The notes below the pieces were generated by a model. That model was not told the DNA's origin. It saw nothing but the letters and a program-made list of their open reading frames with translations, and did no database searches. DNA of 64,000 nt, taken from a bacterium (GTDB lineage Bacteria; UBA8248; JACPRG01; G963555815). Location: the NCBI GenBank assembly GCA_965261595.1, contig CBDHDG010000007.1, positions 448,001 through 512,000 of the forward strand, written 5' to 3'. Below are positions 49,105-59,785 of the stretch, piece after piece. Position numbers and translations under genes: made by a program. Positions within the stretch are counted from its first letter, which is position 1, and each line of letters starts with the position of its first letter.

Positions 49105-49487
49105 CGCCTCCACCTCCTGCCGGCTAAAGGGCGGCCGGCCTCCAGGCGGTCGATCTTCTCCCGCAGGACCTCGCCCTCCATCGTGAGTTCGCCCACCTTG
49201 GCCTTGAGCCGGGCGTTCTCCTCGTCCCGCTCATCCGCCGGGCGGGCTTTGAGCGCCGCCTCGCCCCCGCGAAGGAACGCCTCGCGCCAGGCGGAAAGCC
49301 GAGCCGCTGTCGTGCCCAACTCGCGGCAGAGCGTCTCCAGGCTCTCGCCCCGCAAAAGACGCAGGACCGCCTCCCGCTTGCGCTGGCAGGAGAACCGACC
49401 CCGCTCACTGCGATGCCCTGGGGCCTTGGCTCCGTTCGCCCTGCGGGCGCCCTCCGCCAAAGCCCCCTCTTGCTTTTGTTCGTTCAT
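49101..49487 (-). CDS. IS3-family OrfA
   Basis: Same as the other copies. Confidence 0.9.
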   Translation of the reverse strand: MNEQKQEGALAEGARRANGAKAPGHRSERGRFSCQRKREAVLRLLRGESLETLCRELGTTAARLSAWREAFLRGGEAALKARPADERDEENARLKAKVGELTMEGEVLREKIDRLEAGRPLAGRRWRR

Positions 49488-49669
49488 CGCGACACCCCTT
49501 TCTCCATGAATCATGGATCAATCGAGTGTCCAACAAAACCCTAGAGCGGGGGACTCATTCATAGTCACATATTCGAGCAATTGTCTGGAGATATAGAGAT
49601 TTTGCAAAAGCAAGCAATGTCGTTGACTGGACTTACCCCGGTTTCGTGGAGAGTTAAGCACTTGGGTTT

Positions 49670-50518
49670 TCAGGGTGTGCGTTGTTGTCTCCTTTCGTAG
49701 TTAACGGGTGACAGGTTGTCGATGGAGGAGTGCCGACGATGCGGGTTGTAGAAGCCCTCGATGAACCCGAACACCTCCATGCGCGCCTCGGCCCGGGTGC
49801 GGAAACTGTGGCGAGCGAGGAGCTCGCACTCCAGCGTGGCGAAAAAGCTCTCACACAGCGCGTTGTCGTAGCAGTCCCCGACCGAACCCATGGAGGGACG
49901 CACGCCCGCCTGCCGGCAGCGCTGCCCAAAGGCGACCGAGGTGTACTGCGTGCCCTGGTCGGAGTGGTGGATGACGGCCCGGGGACGGCGCTTATACAGC
50001 GCCATGTCGAGCGCGTCGAGCACCAACTCGGCCCGCAGGTGTGTGGCCATCGACCACCCCACGATGCGCCGGCTGAACGCATCGAGCGCCACGGCCAGAT
50101 ACAAAAACCCCGCCCATGTCGGAACGTAGGTGATGTCGGCCACCCACAGCCGGTCGGGGGCCTCGGCCGTGAAGTTGCGGTCCACCAGATCAGGGGCCGG
50201 CCGCGCCTCCTGCCGGCGCTGCGTCGTGCGCGCTCCCTTGCGCCGACTGACGCCCGCAAGTCCCGCCCCACGCATCAGCCTGGCGACGCGCTTGCGGCCC
50301 ACACGCACTCCCTCAGCCTCCAACTCGGCATGGACGCGCGGCACGCCGTAAGTCCCCCGAGAACGCTCGTGGATCGCCTGAATGCGTTTGGTGAGCGCCC
50401 GATCGGCACACGAGCGGGCACACGGCGCGCGCCTGCGCCACGCGTAGTAGCCGCTGGAGGAGACGCCCAGCACCCGGCACATGGTGGCGGTCCGATACAT
50501 GGCCTGGTTCGCCCTCAC
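49670..50518 (-). CDS. IS3-family OrfB transposase (IS-B)
   Basis: LWVADITY, HHSDQGTQY, DCYDNALCESFF. Confidence 0.9.
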   Translation of the reverse strand: MRANQAMYRTATMCRVLGVSSSGYYAWRRRAPCARSCADRALTKRIQAIHERSRGTYGVPRVHAELEAEGVRVGRKRVARLMRGAGLAGVSRRKGARTTQRRQEARPAPDLVDRNFTAEAPDRLWVADITYVPTWAGFLYLAVALDAFSRRIVGWSMATHLRAELVLDALDMALYKRRPRAVIHHSDQGTQYTSVAFGQRCRQAGVRPSMGSVGDCYDNALCESFFATLECELLARHSFRTRAEARMEVFGFIEGFYNPHRRHSSIDNLSPVNYERRQQRTP

Positions 50519-50676
50519 GAACCCGTAGATCCGGACGGGATCGAATCGGTCTCCCGAGCAAACCAGGCCGCGGCTTTTGCTAAGATCTCCCGCTCCTGGC
50601 GGAGCTGTCGTCCCCCGCTCTAGGGTTTTGTTGGACACTCGATTGATCCATGATTCATGGAGAAAGGGGTGTCGCG

Positions 50677-51063
50677 ATGAACGAACAAAAGCAAGAGGGG
50701 GCTTTGGCGGAGGGCGCCCGCAGGGCGAACGGAGCCAAGGCCCCAGGGCATCGCAGTGAGCGGGGTCGGTTCTCCTGCCAGCGCAAGCGGGAGGCGGTCC
50801 TGCGTCTTTTGCGGGGCGAGAGCCTGGAGACGCTCTGCCGCGAGTTGGGCACGACAGCGGCTCGGCTTTCCGCCTGGCGCGAGGCGTTCCTTCGCGGGGG
50901 CGAGGCGGCGCTCAAAGCCCGCCCGGCGGATGAGCGGGCCGAGGAGAACGCCCGGCTCAAGGCCAAGGTGGGCGAACTCACGATGGAGGGCGAGGTCCTG
51001 CGGGAGAAGATCGACCGCCTGGAGGCCGGCCGCCCTTTAGCCGGCAGGAGGTGGAGGCGATGA
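50677..51063 (+). CDS. IS3-family OrfA
   Basis: Same as the other copies. Confidence 0.9.
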   Translation: MNEQKQEGALAEGARRANGAKAPGHRSERGRFSCQRKREAVLRLLRGESLETLCRELGTTAARLSAWREAFLRGGEAALKARPADERAEENARLKAKVGELTMEGEVLREKIDRLEAGRPLAGRRWRR

Positions 51064-51968
51064 GTCAGGCCCGCTTCACCTCCACGGGCAGAGCCTACGG
51101 CCTGAAGCGGGTGTGCGCCCTTTGGGGCTTGGCGCGCTCCACGGTCTACGCGCAACGGCGGCGAGAGGCGGTCCCCGTTCATGAACGCCCCACGCCCAAT
51201 AAGCGCGGCCCTGTGGGCCCGTGCACCGATGCGGAACTCCTCGGCCACATCCGGCAGGTCCTGAAGGACTCTCCCTTCCATGGCGAGGGCTACCGCAAGG
51301 TGTGGGCGAGGCTGCGCTTCGCGGGCATCCGCACCAGCAAGGAGCGGGTGCGTCGCCTGATGCGGGAGGCGGGGCTTCAGGCCCCCCACCGGGTGGGCAA
51401 ACCCCGAGGTCCCAAGGCCCACAACGGGACCATCCGCACCGAGCGGCCCGACCGAATGTGGGGCACGGACATGACGACGACGGTGACCACCGAGGAGGGG
51501 ATGGCCTCGGTGTTCGTGGCGGTGGATCACTGCTCGGTGGACTGCGTGGGGATCCATGCGGCCAAGAGCGGCAACCGCTTCGAGGCCCTGGAGCCGATCC
51601 GGCAGGGGGTCGCCGAGCGCTTCGCCGGCTTGGAGGCGGACGTCGCCGAGGGGCTTAAAGTTCGTCACGACCACGGCCCCGCCTATCTGTCCGATGACTT
51701 TCAGCGGGAGATCGCCTACCTGGGCATGACCAGTTCGCCCAGCTTCGTGCGGGCGCCCGAGGGAAATGGCTACTGTGAGTGGTTTATCCGCATCTTGAAG
51801 GAGAATCTCCTGTGGGTGCGCTCTTTCGCCACCGTAGAGGAACTGCGGTGGGCGCTGCTTGAGTTCAAGAACCTGTACAACCATCATTGGATTCTCGAGG
51901 GCTACGGCTACCGAACGCCGGCCCAGGCAAGGCAGGAAAAACTCGCTCAAGTTGCGGAGGCCGCATGA
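51060..51968 (+). CDS. IS3-family OrfB DDE transposase
   Basis: Intact DDE motif; E to K variant QVLKDSP. Confidence 0.9.
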   Translation: MSQARFTSTGRAYGLKRVCALWGLARSTVYAQRRREAVPVHERPTPNKRGPVGPCTDAELLGHIRQVLKDSPFHGEGYRKVWARLRFAGIRTSKERVRRLMREAGLQAPHRVGKPRGPKAHNGTIRTERPDRMWGTDMTTTVTTEEGMASVFVAVDHCSVDCVGIHAAKSGNRFEALEPIRQGVAERFAGLEADVAEGLKVRHDHGPAYLSDDFQREIAYLGMTSSPSFVRAPEGNGYCEWFIRILKENLLWVRSFATVEELRWALLEFKNLYNHHWILEGYGYRTPAQARQEKLAQVAEAA

Positions 51969-53125
51969 GGTCGAATACCCTCACCCGAGTGTCCAATAAC
52001 CCAGGGGCGGTCCAGTCGGTTCTCGCGGCGAAGTCGGCGCAACTCCTCCCGCTCATCGCTCGTGAGCCCGTCTTTGCGACGCCCCTCGTCAACGTCGGCT
52101 TGATGGGCCCAGGTGCGGATCGTCTGCGCCGAGGGCTCGAACTCGTGCGCCAGCGCCTCGGGCGTGCGTCCCGCCCGGACCAACTCTACCATCTGGCAGC
52201 GGAACTCCATTGGATAGCGTGGGTGAGTCTGTGGCATCGTGAACACCTCCTTTACCCCCAAATCATCAGGTGTCCACCAAACCGGGTCAACTCCAGACGA
52301 GCGGCAGCGAAAGCGGTTTCGTGTGGATATAAGTAAGCACGAATTTTGTTCACCGAAGAACGAGGCCGAATTAGAGGGCTATACCCTCTATGTTTATACC
52401 CCAACGATGATGGTTTGTGAGAAGCTGAGAGCCATTTGTCAGCAGATGCGCGAATATAGAAAGTTTATGAGAAGTAGCAGCCAGTCTGCCAGGCCAAGGG
52501 ATTTTTTTGACATCTACTATATGGTCGAGCGTTTGGGTGTAAACGTTGAAGAGTCTTTGTCGATGAAGATCTTGAACGCAATGTTCGTGGCCAAAAGGGT
52601 GCCATTAAAATTGCTCGGCCAAATCGGAGATACTCGGGAGTATCATCGCCTAGGTTTCTCGGCGTTTGAATTGACCGTAGGACCTGAGGTGGATTTAGAG
52701 GAGTTTGATTTTTATTTTGATTACGTTTTGGAGCTTGTTGGGAGGTTAAAGTCCTTTTGGAAAGAATAATCTCCACCTCTCGGAATACTCTGTTTCCTTC
52801 ATGTTATGTGCCAGAAAGAAATCAAACCGAAATTCCTTTTTCCGCAAGAGGCGCAAGGCGGATTCCGGGTACACATCGGCACGGTCCAGATAAAAACCGA
52901 TGGCCTGCTCGTATGGATAAATGTAATCCAATTTCTTGAGGATTGCTGAGAGGCGGTTGATGGAAATCATTTTCTCTTTGGCCGCTCGAAATGCTTTCAA
53001 GACTTCGAATATACCGCTGGAATACTCCCGCCTAACGGTGATATCGATCAATGTGCGTTCGAGGTTGGTAACACGTATATGGACCGCCCCTGGGTTATTG
53101 GACACTCGGGTGAGGGTATTCGACC

Positions 53126-54035
53126 TCATGCGGCCTCCGCAACTTGAGCGAGTTTTTCCTGCCTTGCCTGGGCCGGCGTTCGGTAGCCGTAGCCCTCGAG
53201 AATCCAATGATGGTTGTACAGGTTCTTGAACTCAAGCAGCGCCCACCGCAGTTCCTCTACGGTGGCGAAAGAGCGCACCCACAGGAGATTCTCCTTCAAG
53301 ATGCGGATAAACCACTCACAGTAGCCATTTCCCTCGGGCGCCCGCACGAAGCTGGGCGAACTGGTCATGCCCAGGTAGGCGATCTCCCGCTGAAAGTCAT
53401 CGGACAGATAGGCGGGGCCGTGGTCGTGACGAACTTTAAGCCCCTCGGCGACGTCCGCCTCCAAGCCGGCGAAGCGCTCGGCGACCCCCTGCCGGATCGG
53501 CTCCAGGGCCTCGAAGCGGTTGCCGCTCTTGGCCGCATGGATCCCCACGCAGTCCACCGAGCAGTGATCCACCGCCACGAACACCGAGGCCACCCCCTCC
53601 TCGGTGGTCACCGTCGTCGTCATGTCCGTGCCCCACATTCGGTCGGGCCGCTCGGTGCGGATGGTCCCGTTGTGGGCCTTGGGACCTCGGGGTTTGCCCA
53701 CCCGGTGGGGGGCCTGAAGCCCCGCCTCCCGCATCAGGCGACGCACCCGCTCCTTGCTGGTGCGGATGCCCGCGAAGCGCAGCCTCGCCCACACCTTGCG
53801 GTAGCCCTCGCCATGGAAGGGAGAGTCCTCCAGGACCTGCCGGATGTGGCCGAGGAGTTCCGCATCGGTGCACGGGCCCACAGGGCCGCGCTTATTGGGC
53901 GTGGGGCGTTCATGAACGGGGACCGCCTCTCGCCGCCGTTGCGCGTAGACCGTGGAGCGCGCCAAGCCCCAAAAGGGCGCACACCCGCTTCAGGCCGTAG
54001 GCTCTGCCCGTGGAGGTGAAGCGGGCCTGACTCAT
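53126..54035 (-). pseudogene. IS-A OrfB, frameshifted near its 5' end
   Basis: CCCCAAAAGGG versus CCCCAAAGGG in copy 3. Confidence 0.85.
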
Positions 54036-54418
54036 CGCCTCCACCTCCTGCCGGCTAAAGGGCGGCCGGCCTCCAGGCGGTCGATCTTCTCCCGCAGGAC
54101 CTCGCCCTCCATCGTGAGTTCGCCCACCTTGGCCTTGAGCCGGGCGTTCTCCTCGGCCCGCTCATCCGCCGGGCGGGCTTTGAGCGCCGCCTCGCCCCCG
54201 CGAAGGAACGCCTCGCGCCAGGCGGAAAGCCGAGCCGCTGTCGTGCCCAACTCGCGGCAGAGCGTCTCCAGGCTCTCGCCCCGCAAAAGACGCAGGACCG
54301 CCTCCCGCTTGCGCTGGCAGGAGAACCGACCCCGCTCACTGCGATGCCCTGGGGCCTTGGCTCCGTTCGCCCTACGGGCGCCCTCCGCCAAAGCCCCCTC
54401 TTGCTTTTGTTCGTTCAT
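54032..54418 (-). CDS. IS3-family OrfA
   Basis: Same as the other copies. Confidence 0.9.
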   Translation of the reverse strand: MNEQKQEGALAEGARRANGAKAPGHRSERGRFSCQRKREAVLRLLRGESLETLCRELGTTAARLSAWREAFLRGGEAALKARPADERAEENARLKAKVGELTMEGEVLREKIDRLEAGRPLAGRRWRR

Positions 54419-54775
54419 CGCGACACCCCTTTCTCCATGAATCATGGATCAATCGAGTGTCCAACAAAACCCTAGAGCGGGGGATATACGACTCTCATCC
54501 GGAGCGATTGTATCGATCACACCGAGTTGTCCGGTATGTTTCCCATTAACGATGCAAATGCGGTAGTCCAAGTGAGTTGTACAATTATTGGTCTTGCGTT
54601 GAGGACGTTTGAAGGCGGTCCGAATCGATTCTTGTGTTGGCGGGCTTCCAGGCGGGGGCTTTGGTGATTGTTCCTCATTCAGATAAATGGTCTTTGAATT
54701 TGTTCCGTTAGGTCGTGTGGAGTTGACCCGGTTTGGTGGACACCTGATGATTTGGGGGTAAAGGAGGTGTTCACG

Positions 54776-55090
54776 ATGCCACAGACTCACCCACGCTATC
54801 CAATGGAGTTCCGCTGCCAGATGGTAGAGTTGGTCCGGGCGGGACGCACGCCCGAGGCGCTGGCGCACGAGTTCGAGCCCTCGGCGCAGACGATCCGCAC
54901 CTGGGCCCATCAAGCCGACGTTGACGAGGGGCGTCGCAAAGACGGGCTCACGAGCGATGAGCGGGAGGAGTTGCGCCGACTTCGCCGCGAGAACCGACAG
55001 CTCCGCCAGGAGCGGGAGATCTTAGCAAAAGCCGCGGCCTGGTTTGCTCGGGAGACCGATTCGATCCCGTCCGGATCTACGGGTTCGTGA
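54776..55090 (+). CDS. IS3-family OrfA (IS-B)
   Basis: RYPMEFRCQMVELVRAG, EELRRLRRENRQLRQEREILAKAAAWFA. Confidence 0.9.
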   Translation: MPQTHPRYPMEFRCQMVELVRAGRTPEALAHEFEPSAQTIRTWAHQADVDEGRRKDGLTSDEREELRRLRRENRQLRQEREILAKAAAWFARETDSIPSGSTGS

Positions 55091-55935
55091 GGGCGAACCA
55101 GGCCATGTATCGGACCGCCACCATGTGCCGGGTGCTGGGCGTCTCCTCCAGCGGCTACTACGCGTGGCGCAGGCGCGCGCCGTGTGCCCGCTCGTGTGCC
55201 GATCGGGCGCTCACCAAACGCATTCAGGCGATCCACGAGCGTTCTCGGGGGACTTACGGCGTGCCGCGCGTCCATGCCGAGTTGGAGGCTGAGGGAGTGC
55301 GTGTGGGCCGCAAGCGCGTCGCCAGGCTGATGCGTGGGGCGGGACTTGCGGGCGTCAGTCGGCGCAAGGGAGCGCGCACGACGCAGCGCCGGCAGGAGGC
55401 GCGGCCGGCCCCTGATCTGGTGGACCGCAACTTCACGGCCGAGGCCCCCGACCGGCTGTGGGTGGCCGACATCACCTACGTTCCGACATGGGCGGGGTTT
55501 TTGTATCTGGCCGTGGCGCTCGATGCGTTCAGCCGGCGCATCGTGGGGTGGTCGATGGCCACACACCTGCGGGCCGAGTTGGTGCTCGACGCGCTCGACA
55601 TGGCGCTGTATAAGCGCCGTCCCCGGGCCGTCATCCACCACTCCGACCAGGGCACGCAGTACACCTCGGTCGCCTTTGGGCAGCGCTGCCGCCAGGCGGG
55701 CGGGCGTCCCTCCATGGGTTCGGTCGGGGACTGCTACGACAACGCGCTGTGTGAGAGCTTTTTCGCCACGCTGGAGTGCGAGCTCCTCGCTCGCCACAGT
55801 TTCCGCACCCGGGCCGAGGCGCGCATGGAGGTGTTCGGGTTCATCGAGGGCTTCTACAACCCGCATCGTCGGCACTCCTCCATCGACAACCTGTCACCCG
55901 TTAACTACGAAAGGAGACAACAACGCACACCCTGA
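55087..55935 (+). CDS. IS3-family OrfB transposase (IS-B)
   Basis: MCRVLGVSSSGYY, TYGVPRV, WVADITY, HSDQG. Confidence 0.92.
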   Translation: MRANQAMYRTATMCRVLGVSSSGYYAWRRRAPCARSCADRALTKRIQAIHERSRGTYGVPRVHAELEAEGVRVGRKRVARLMRGAGLAGVSRRKGARTTQRRQEARPAPDLVDRNFTAEAPDRLWVADITYVPTWAGFLYLAVALDAFSRRIVGWSMATHLRAELVLDALDMALYKRRPRAVIHHSDQGTQYTSVAFGQRCRQAGGRPSMGSVGDCYDNALCESFFATLECELLARHSFRTRAEARMEVFGFIEGFYNPHRRHSSIDNLSPVNYERRQQRTP

Positions 55936-56313
55936 AAACCCAAGTGCTTAACTCTCCACGAAACCGGGGTAAGTCCAGTTTTTTTCGGGCGTCTTCTATT
56001 GGATTCGAGGACCTGGGTCCGAATGAGAGACCCGATGAAGGGTAGGCGTCCGTCAAGGCCCCATCTTCAGTTCCCCGGATGGGCGACCGCGAAGCCGTCC
56101 CAAGCCGGACAGGGATCGCCCCGTGCGCGCGCGACGGGGTCGAGGTGAGCCCCCCGCCTCCTGCATTGGGGCGGAGCATCCACTCCGCCGCCATCGTATA
56201 TGATTTTGGATCCGAACAGGAGCTTGTGAAACGCGCGGAGCGGGCCGAACCGCTGGATGGCGGAAAGTCCGCGAGTTCCGCGGTCATTCAAAAGGGCGGG
56301 TGAGAAACCCGGC

Positions 56314-58632
56314 CTACCCCCGCCCCCCGTCCGTGGAAGCCTCTTTCGCCTGGATGGCCTTGAGTAGATCCTGGGGGCGAATGGGGATCTTTCGGCACCG
56401 GACGCCGACGGCGTTGTAGATGGCGTTGGCGATGGCCGCGCCGACGGCGTTCACGGGCCCTTCCGAGCAGCCCTTCGCGCCGTGGGGGCCGAGCGGGTCG
56501 TTCGTCTCGATGAACGCGTGCCGGATGGGCGGCATGGATTCGGCCTTGGGAACGGCGTAGTCGGCCAGGTACCCGTTGACCGGCTGGCCGTTCTCGAAGA
56601 TCATTTCCTCGTTATACGCCCAGCCGATCCCCTGGCTGATGGCGCCCTCGGTTTGTCCCTCCGCCCCCAGGGCGGAGATGATCCGCCCGACGTCGTCCAC
56701 CGAGGCGAAATCCAGAAGATCGACCTGACCGGTTTCCGTGTCCACCTCGACTTCGGCGACCTGGGCGACGAATTCGTATCCCGGGGCCACATTTCCGTCG
56801 AGGAGGGGGGGCTTGATGACATCGTTCTCCGCTTCATAGTGGCCGACGGCCATGACCGGACCCCCGTTAGTGCGCTTGTGCTCCAGATGGGCCGCTTCGC
56901 CGATGGTCATGCCCCGATCCGGGGCGGCTTTGATGAAGATCCGACCCCCTTCGAACTCGAGGTCGTCGGGATCGGCCTCCAGCTCGGCCGCGACCACCGC
57001 CGCGAGCTTTTTCCTCAATTCCACCGCCGCCCGGTGCACGGCGTTGCCGCCGATCATCGTAATGCGGCTTGCGAAGGAGCCGAGGGTGTATGGGGCGACG
57101 TCGGTGTCGGCCGCACAGAGATCGATGTCCGTGAGCTCGAGGCCCAACTCCTCGGCGGCGAACATGCACAGCACCGTCGGAGACCCCTGGCCGGTGTCGC
57201 CTTCGCCGATCAGGAGGCCGACCCGCCCGTCATCGTGCGCCTGGAGGATGGCCGTGGAGCCTTCCCAGCCGGCGATGATCCGGTTGCCGCTCACGTGATT
57301 GGCGGCGGCCAACCCGATCCCGCGCCGCTTGGTCCCGGTTCGGTTTTTGAGGTTTTCCCGCGATTTACGCTTCCAATCGGTCATCTCGACCACTTGCTCG
57401 ACACACTCGGGCAGGGCGTTCGTGATGGCGTTCCACTTGTGGATTGAGAGCTCACGGGGCTTCAGGATGTTCTTCATGCGAAGATCCATCGCGTCGATGT
57501 CGAGCGCCTCGGCGAGCATGTCCATCAGTATCTCGCCGGGAACCGTCGTCTGGGGCGTCCCGAAACCCCGGAAGGCGCCTTTGGGCGGGTTGTTGGTGAA
57601 AGCCAGGTGCGCGATGACCCGGCAGGCCTTCCAGCGATAGATGGAGGGCCAGCGGGTAACCATGGTGTTCACGATGCCCGGCGACGGACCGGTGTACCCG
57701 CCGCATTCGGAAACGATGTTCAGCTCATGGGCGGTGAGCGTGCCGTCCTTCATGGCGCCGATCTTCAGGCGGACCCGGGCCGGAACCCGCATCCGCGTGG
57801 CCCCGCGAAACGACTCGGTCCGGAGGTTTTCCAGTTTGACCGGATGGCCGCACTTCAGCGCGAGGAGGCCGCTGATGAAGGCGTTGGGGTCTTCAATGGA
57901 CTTGCCGCCGAACGCGCCGCCGACGTACGGCTGAATCAGCCGCACCTTCGAGGCCTCGAGCCCCAACCCCATGGCGATGCGATCGCGGCCGAGGAAGACC
58001 TTCTGACAGGGGACGTGCATGACCAGCTTGCTGCCGTCCGTCGGGTCGGCGACGGTGCAGTTCGGCTCGGTGAAGGCGTGATACTGGGTGCCGGTGTGGA
58101 ATTCCTCCTCGAGGACGATGTCGGACGCCGCGAAGGCCGCGTCCACGTCTTCGCCCTTATCGAAATTCAGCGCGTGGCAGATGTTTCCGGGGGCGTCGTC
58201 GTGGATGAGGACCGCTCCCTCGGCCATGGCGTCCTCGGGGGTGAAATATGCCGGAAGGACCTCGTACTCCACCCGGATGCGTTCCATGGCCTCCTCGGCG
58301 GCCTCCCGGCTCACCGCCGCGACGGCGGCCACCTCATGGCCGATGAAGAGGACCTTTTCGATGGCCAGTGCGGTTTGGTCCTTGCGGATCGTGCCATAGC
58401 GGGCCCCCGGGGGGAGGTCCCTCCCCGTGACGACGGATTTGACGCCCGGCGTCTTCTCCGCGTCGGAGGTGTCGATGTTCAGGATGCGCGCGTGGGCGTG
58501 CGGGCTTCGAAGCACGCGGGCGTGCAGAAGACCGGGCATGTTCAAATCGGTCGCGAATTTGGCTTGGCCCAGCGTTTTGACCGCCGACCCCAGCAGGGGC
58601 GCGCGTGACCCGATGACTCTTAAGGAACTCAT
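56314..58632 (-). CDS. Xanthine dehydrogenase family Mo-binding subunit (HcrA/CoxL-like)
   Basis: LRSPHAHARI, GGAFGGK, AFRGFGTPQ, GQTEG, GAKGCSE. Confidence 0.93.
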   Translation of the reverse strand: MSSLRVIGSRAPLLGSAVKTLGQAKFATDLNMPGLLHARVLRSPHAHARILNIDTSDAEKTPGVKSVVTGRDLPPGARYGTIRKDQTALAIEKVLFIGHEVAAVAAVSREAAEEAMERIRVEYEVLPAYFTPEDAMAEGAVLIHDDAPGNICHALNFDKGEDVDAAFAASDIVLEEEFHTGTQYHAFTEPNCTVADPTDGSKLVMHVPCQKVFLGRDRIAMGLGLEASKVRLIQPYVGGAFGGKSIEDPNAFISGLLALKCGHPVKLENLRTESFRGATRMRVPARVRLKIGAMKDGTLTAHELNIVSECGGYTGPSPGIVNTMVTRWPSIYRWKACRVIAHLAFTNNPPKGAFRGFGTPQTTVPGEILMDMLAEALDIDAMDLRMKNILKPRELSIHKWNAITNALPECVEQVVEMTDWKRKSRENLKNRTGTKRRGIGLAAANHVSGNRIIAGWEGSTAILQAHDDGRVGLLIGEGDTGQGSPTVLCMFAAEELGLELTDIDLCAADTDVAPYTLGSFASRITMIGGNAVHRAAVELRKKLAAVVAAELEADPDDLEFEGGRIFIKAAPDRGMTIGEAAHLEHKRTNGGPVMAVGHYEAENDVIKPPLLDGNVAPGYEFVAQVAEVEVDTETGQVDLLDFASVDDVGRIISALGAEGQTEGAISQGIGWAYNEEMIFENGQPVNGYLADYAVPKAESMPPIRHAFIETNDPLGPHGAKGCSEGPVNAVGAAIANAIYNAVGVRCRKIPIRPQDLLKAIQAKEASTDGGRG

Positions 58633-58782
58633 GGATTCACTCCCACAAAAACCCCACGGCCCGAGCAGAGGCCATTCAGCAATCGGGCGGCCCCTACTGC
58701 ACATCCGGTGACGGCTGGAAATCAGGTTCAGAGCCGGAGCATCGACTCCAACGTTCACCATAGCACCGAATGACGCGCCCGC

Positions 58783-59661
58783 TCAACCCCGGAGGAGCGT
58801 GATGAGAAGGACGCCAAGCACAATAGAAGCAGTCCCGAGATACGTTCTCAGGGTAATGCGCTCCAGGTCGCCCAGGAAGATCGCCGCCATCGCGACGGAC
58901 AGCATGGGCGTGGCCCCCATGATGGCCATCACGCGGGAGACTTCCCCCAGCCGGATCGCGGAGAAGAGGAAATAAAAAGTGACCGCGAGGGTGGTGCCCG
59001 CCAAGATGAAGAACATCAGCGCCCTCCCCGATCGCACGAAGCGCCGGCCTTTCGGAAAGAACCCGTAAGTCAGCAACAGGACCACCAGGGCGGAAAAGGT
59101 GGAGAACACGATGCCCACATGAGGCAAAGGCAGGATCTCCAGGCCGATCTTCCGGATGACGGCGGCCAATCCCCAAAAGAAGCCGCCGGACAAAGGAATG
59201 ATGGTCTCGGTCCACTTCATGCGGGACTCGCCCTTGGGGCGGGTGATCACCCAGATCCCGCCGATGATGAGCGCCGTCCCCGCATAAAGGGATGCGGGCG
59301 GGCGCTCCCCCAGAATCACAGTGCCCAGCAGGACGGAAAAGAGCGGGCTCGATCCCATGCAGATGGGAACGGCCTTGGCCACGCCGAAGCGGTTCAAGGA
59401 AATGTAATACGCGGTGATCGATAGAGCCGGTGAGCTGACTCCCCCGACCAGGAACCAGAAGACGCCCGCACGGGGCAGCTCCAGCCAGCGGATTCCGATC
59501 GCCGTGCAAATCACCGAATAAATGATCAGGATCGTCAGGTTGACTGTCACCGCCGCCATGTAAGGCGAGCCCGACTGGAACCCCCGACGGTTCAGGATGC
59601 TCACCGTCGACATAGACACGGCCGCCAATATGGCGATGAGATCGATGGGAAGAGATTGCAA
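58783..59661 (-). CDS. DMT/EamA-family transporter
   Basis: About 10 TM segments in two repeats; SSPLFSVLLG.VILGER, GEVSRV. Confidence 0.9.
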   Translation of the reverse strand: MQSLPIDLIAILAAVSMSTVSILNRRGFQSGSPYMAAVTVNLTILIIYSVICTAIGIRWLELPRAGVFWFLVGGVSSPALSITAYYISLNRFGVAKAVPICMGSSPLFSVLLGTVILGERPPASLYAGTALIIGGIWVITRPKGESRMKWTETIIPLSGGFFWGLAAVIRKIGLEILPLPHVGIVFSTFSALVVLLLTYGFFPKGRRFVRSGRALMFFILAGTTLAVTFYFLFSAIRLGEVSRVMAIMGATPMLSVAMAAIFLGDLERITLRTYLGTASIVLGVLLITLLRG

Positions 59662-59785
59662 GTTCGTGTATGTCCGAAAAATGGAAACGGGACCGAAGGA
59701 TCAAACCGGAACGGGAGTCAGGAACCGGACAACGGGGTGTCCGCCCGGGAGCCCTCCGTCCCTCCTTGCGGTTCGGGAAGCGGAT

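Larger units (their letters stand above)
48150..49553 (-). mobile_element. IS-A copy 3 (1404 bp), no target duplication
   Basis: Both ends present; flanks GGAG and CTCA differ. Confidence 0.95.
50611..52014 (+). mobile_element. IS-A copy 4 (1404 bp), 4-bp target duplication GTCG, inside IS-B orfA
   Basis: GTCG at 50607-50610 and 52015-52018; empty site visible in IS-B copy B. Confidence 0.95.
49628..52295 (-). mobile_element. IS-B copy A (IS3 family), interrupted by IS-A copy 4; 3-bp target duplication GAC
   Basis: Ends TGGACTTACCCCGG and CCGGGTCAACTCCA; GAC at 49625-49627 and 52296-52298. Confidence 0.93.
49554..52769 (+). pseudogene. AbiEii/AbiGii-like nucleotidyltransferase toxin, IS-interrupted and 5'-truncated
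   Basis: 52296-52769 gives FRVDISKHEF..VYTPTMMVCEKLRAICQQ..RPRDFFDIY; 49554-49627 is the upstream piece, joined by the GAC duplication; low GC. Confidence 0.75.
53080..54484 (-). mobile_element. IS-A copy 5 (1405 bp), 4-bp target duplication TATA
   Basis: TATA at 53076-53079 and 54485-54488; one extra A at 53971-53974. Confidence 0.95.
52746..54717 (-). pseudogene. AbiEi-like (type IV TA) antitoxin, split by IS-A copy 5 and 5'-truncated by IS-B copy B
   Basis: Rejoined reading IVNGKHTGQLGVI..SRI|RVTNLERTLIDITVRREYSSGIFEVLKAF..YPYEQAIGFYL..YSERWRLFFPKGL. Confidence 0.78.
54718..55977 (+). mobile_element. IS-B copy B (IS3 family, 1260 bp), complete
   Basis: TGGAGTTGACCCGG...CCGGGGTAAGTCCA; flanks GTG and GTT not duplicated. 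Confidence 0.95.

Noticed and set aside
55978..56313. Short ORFs between IS-B and the Mo subunit
   Set aside because: No recognisable motifs or RBS; treated as intergenic
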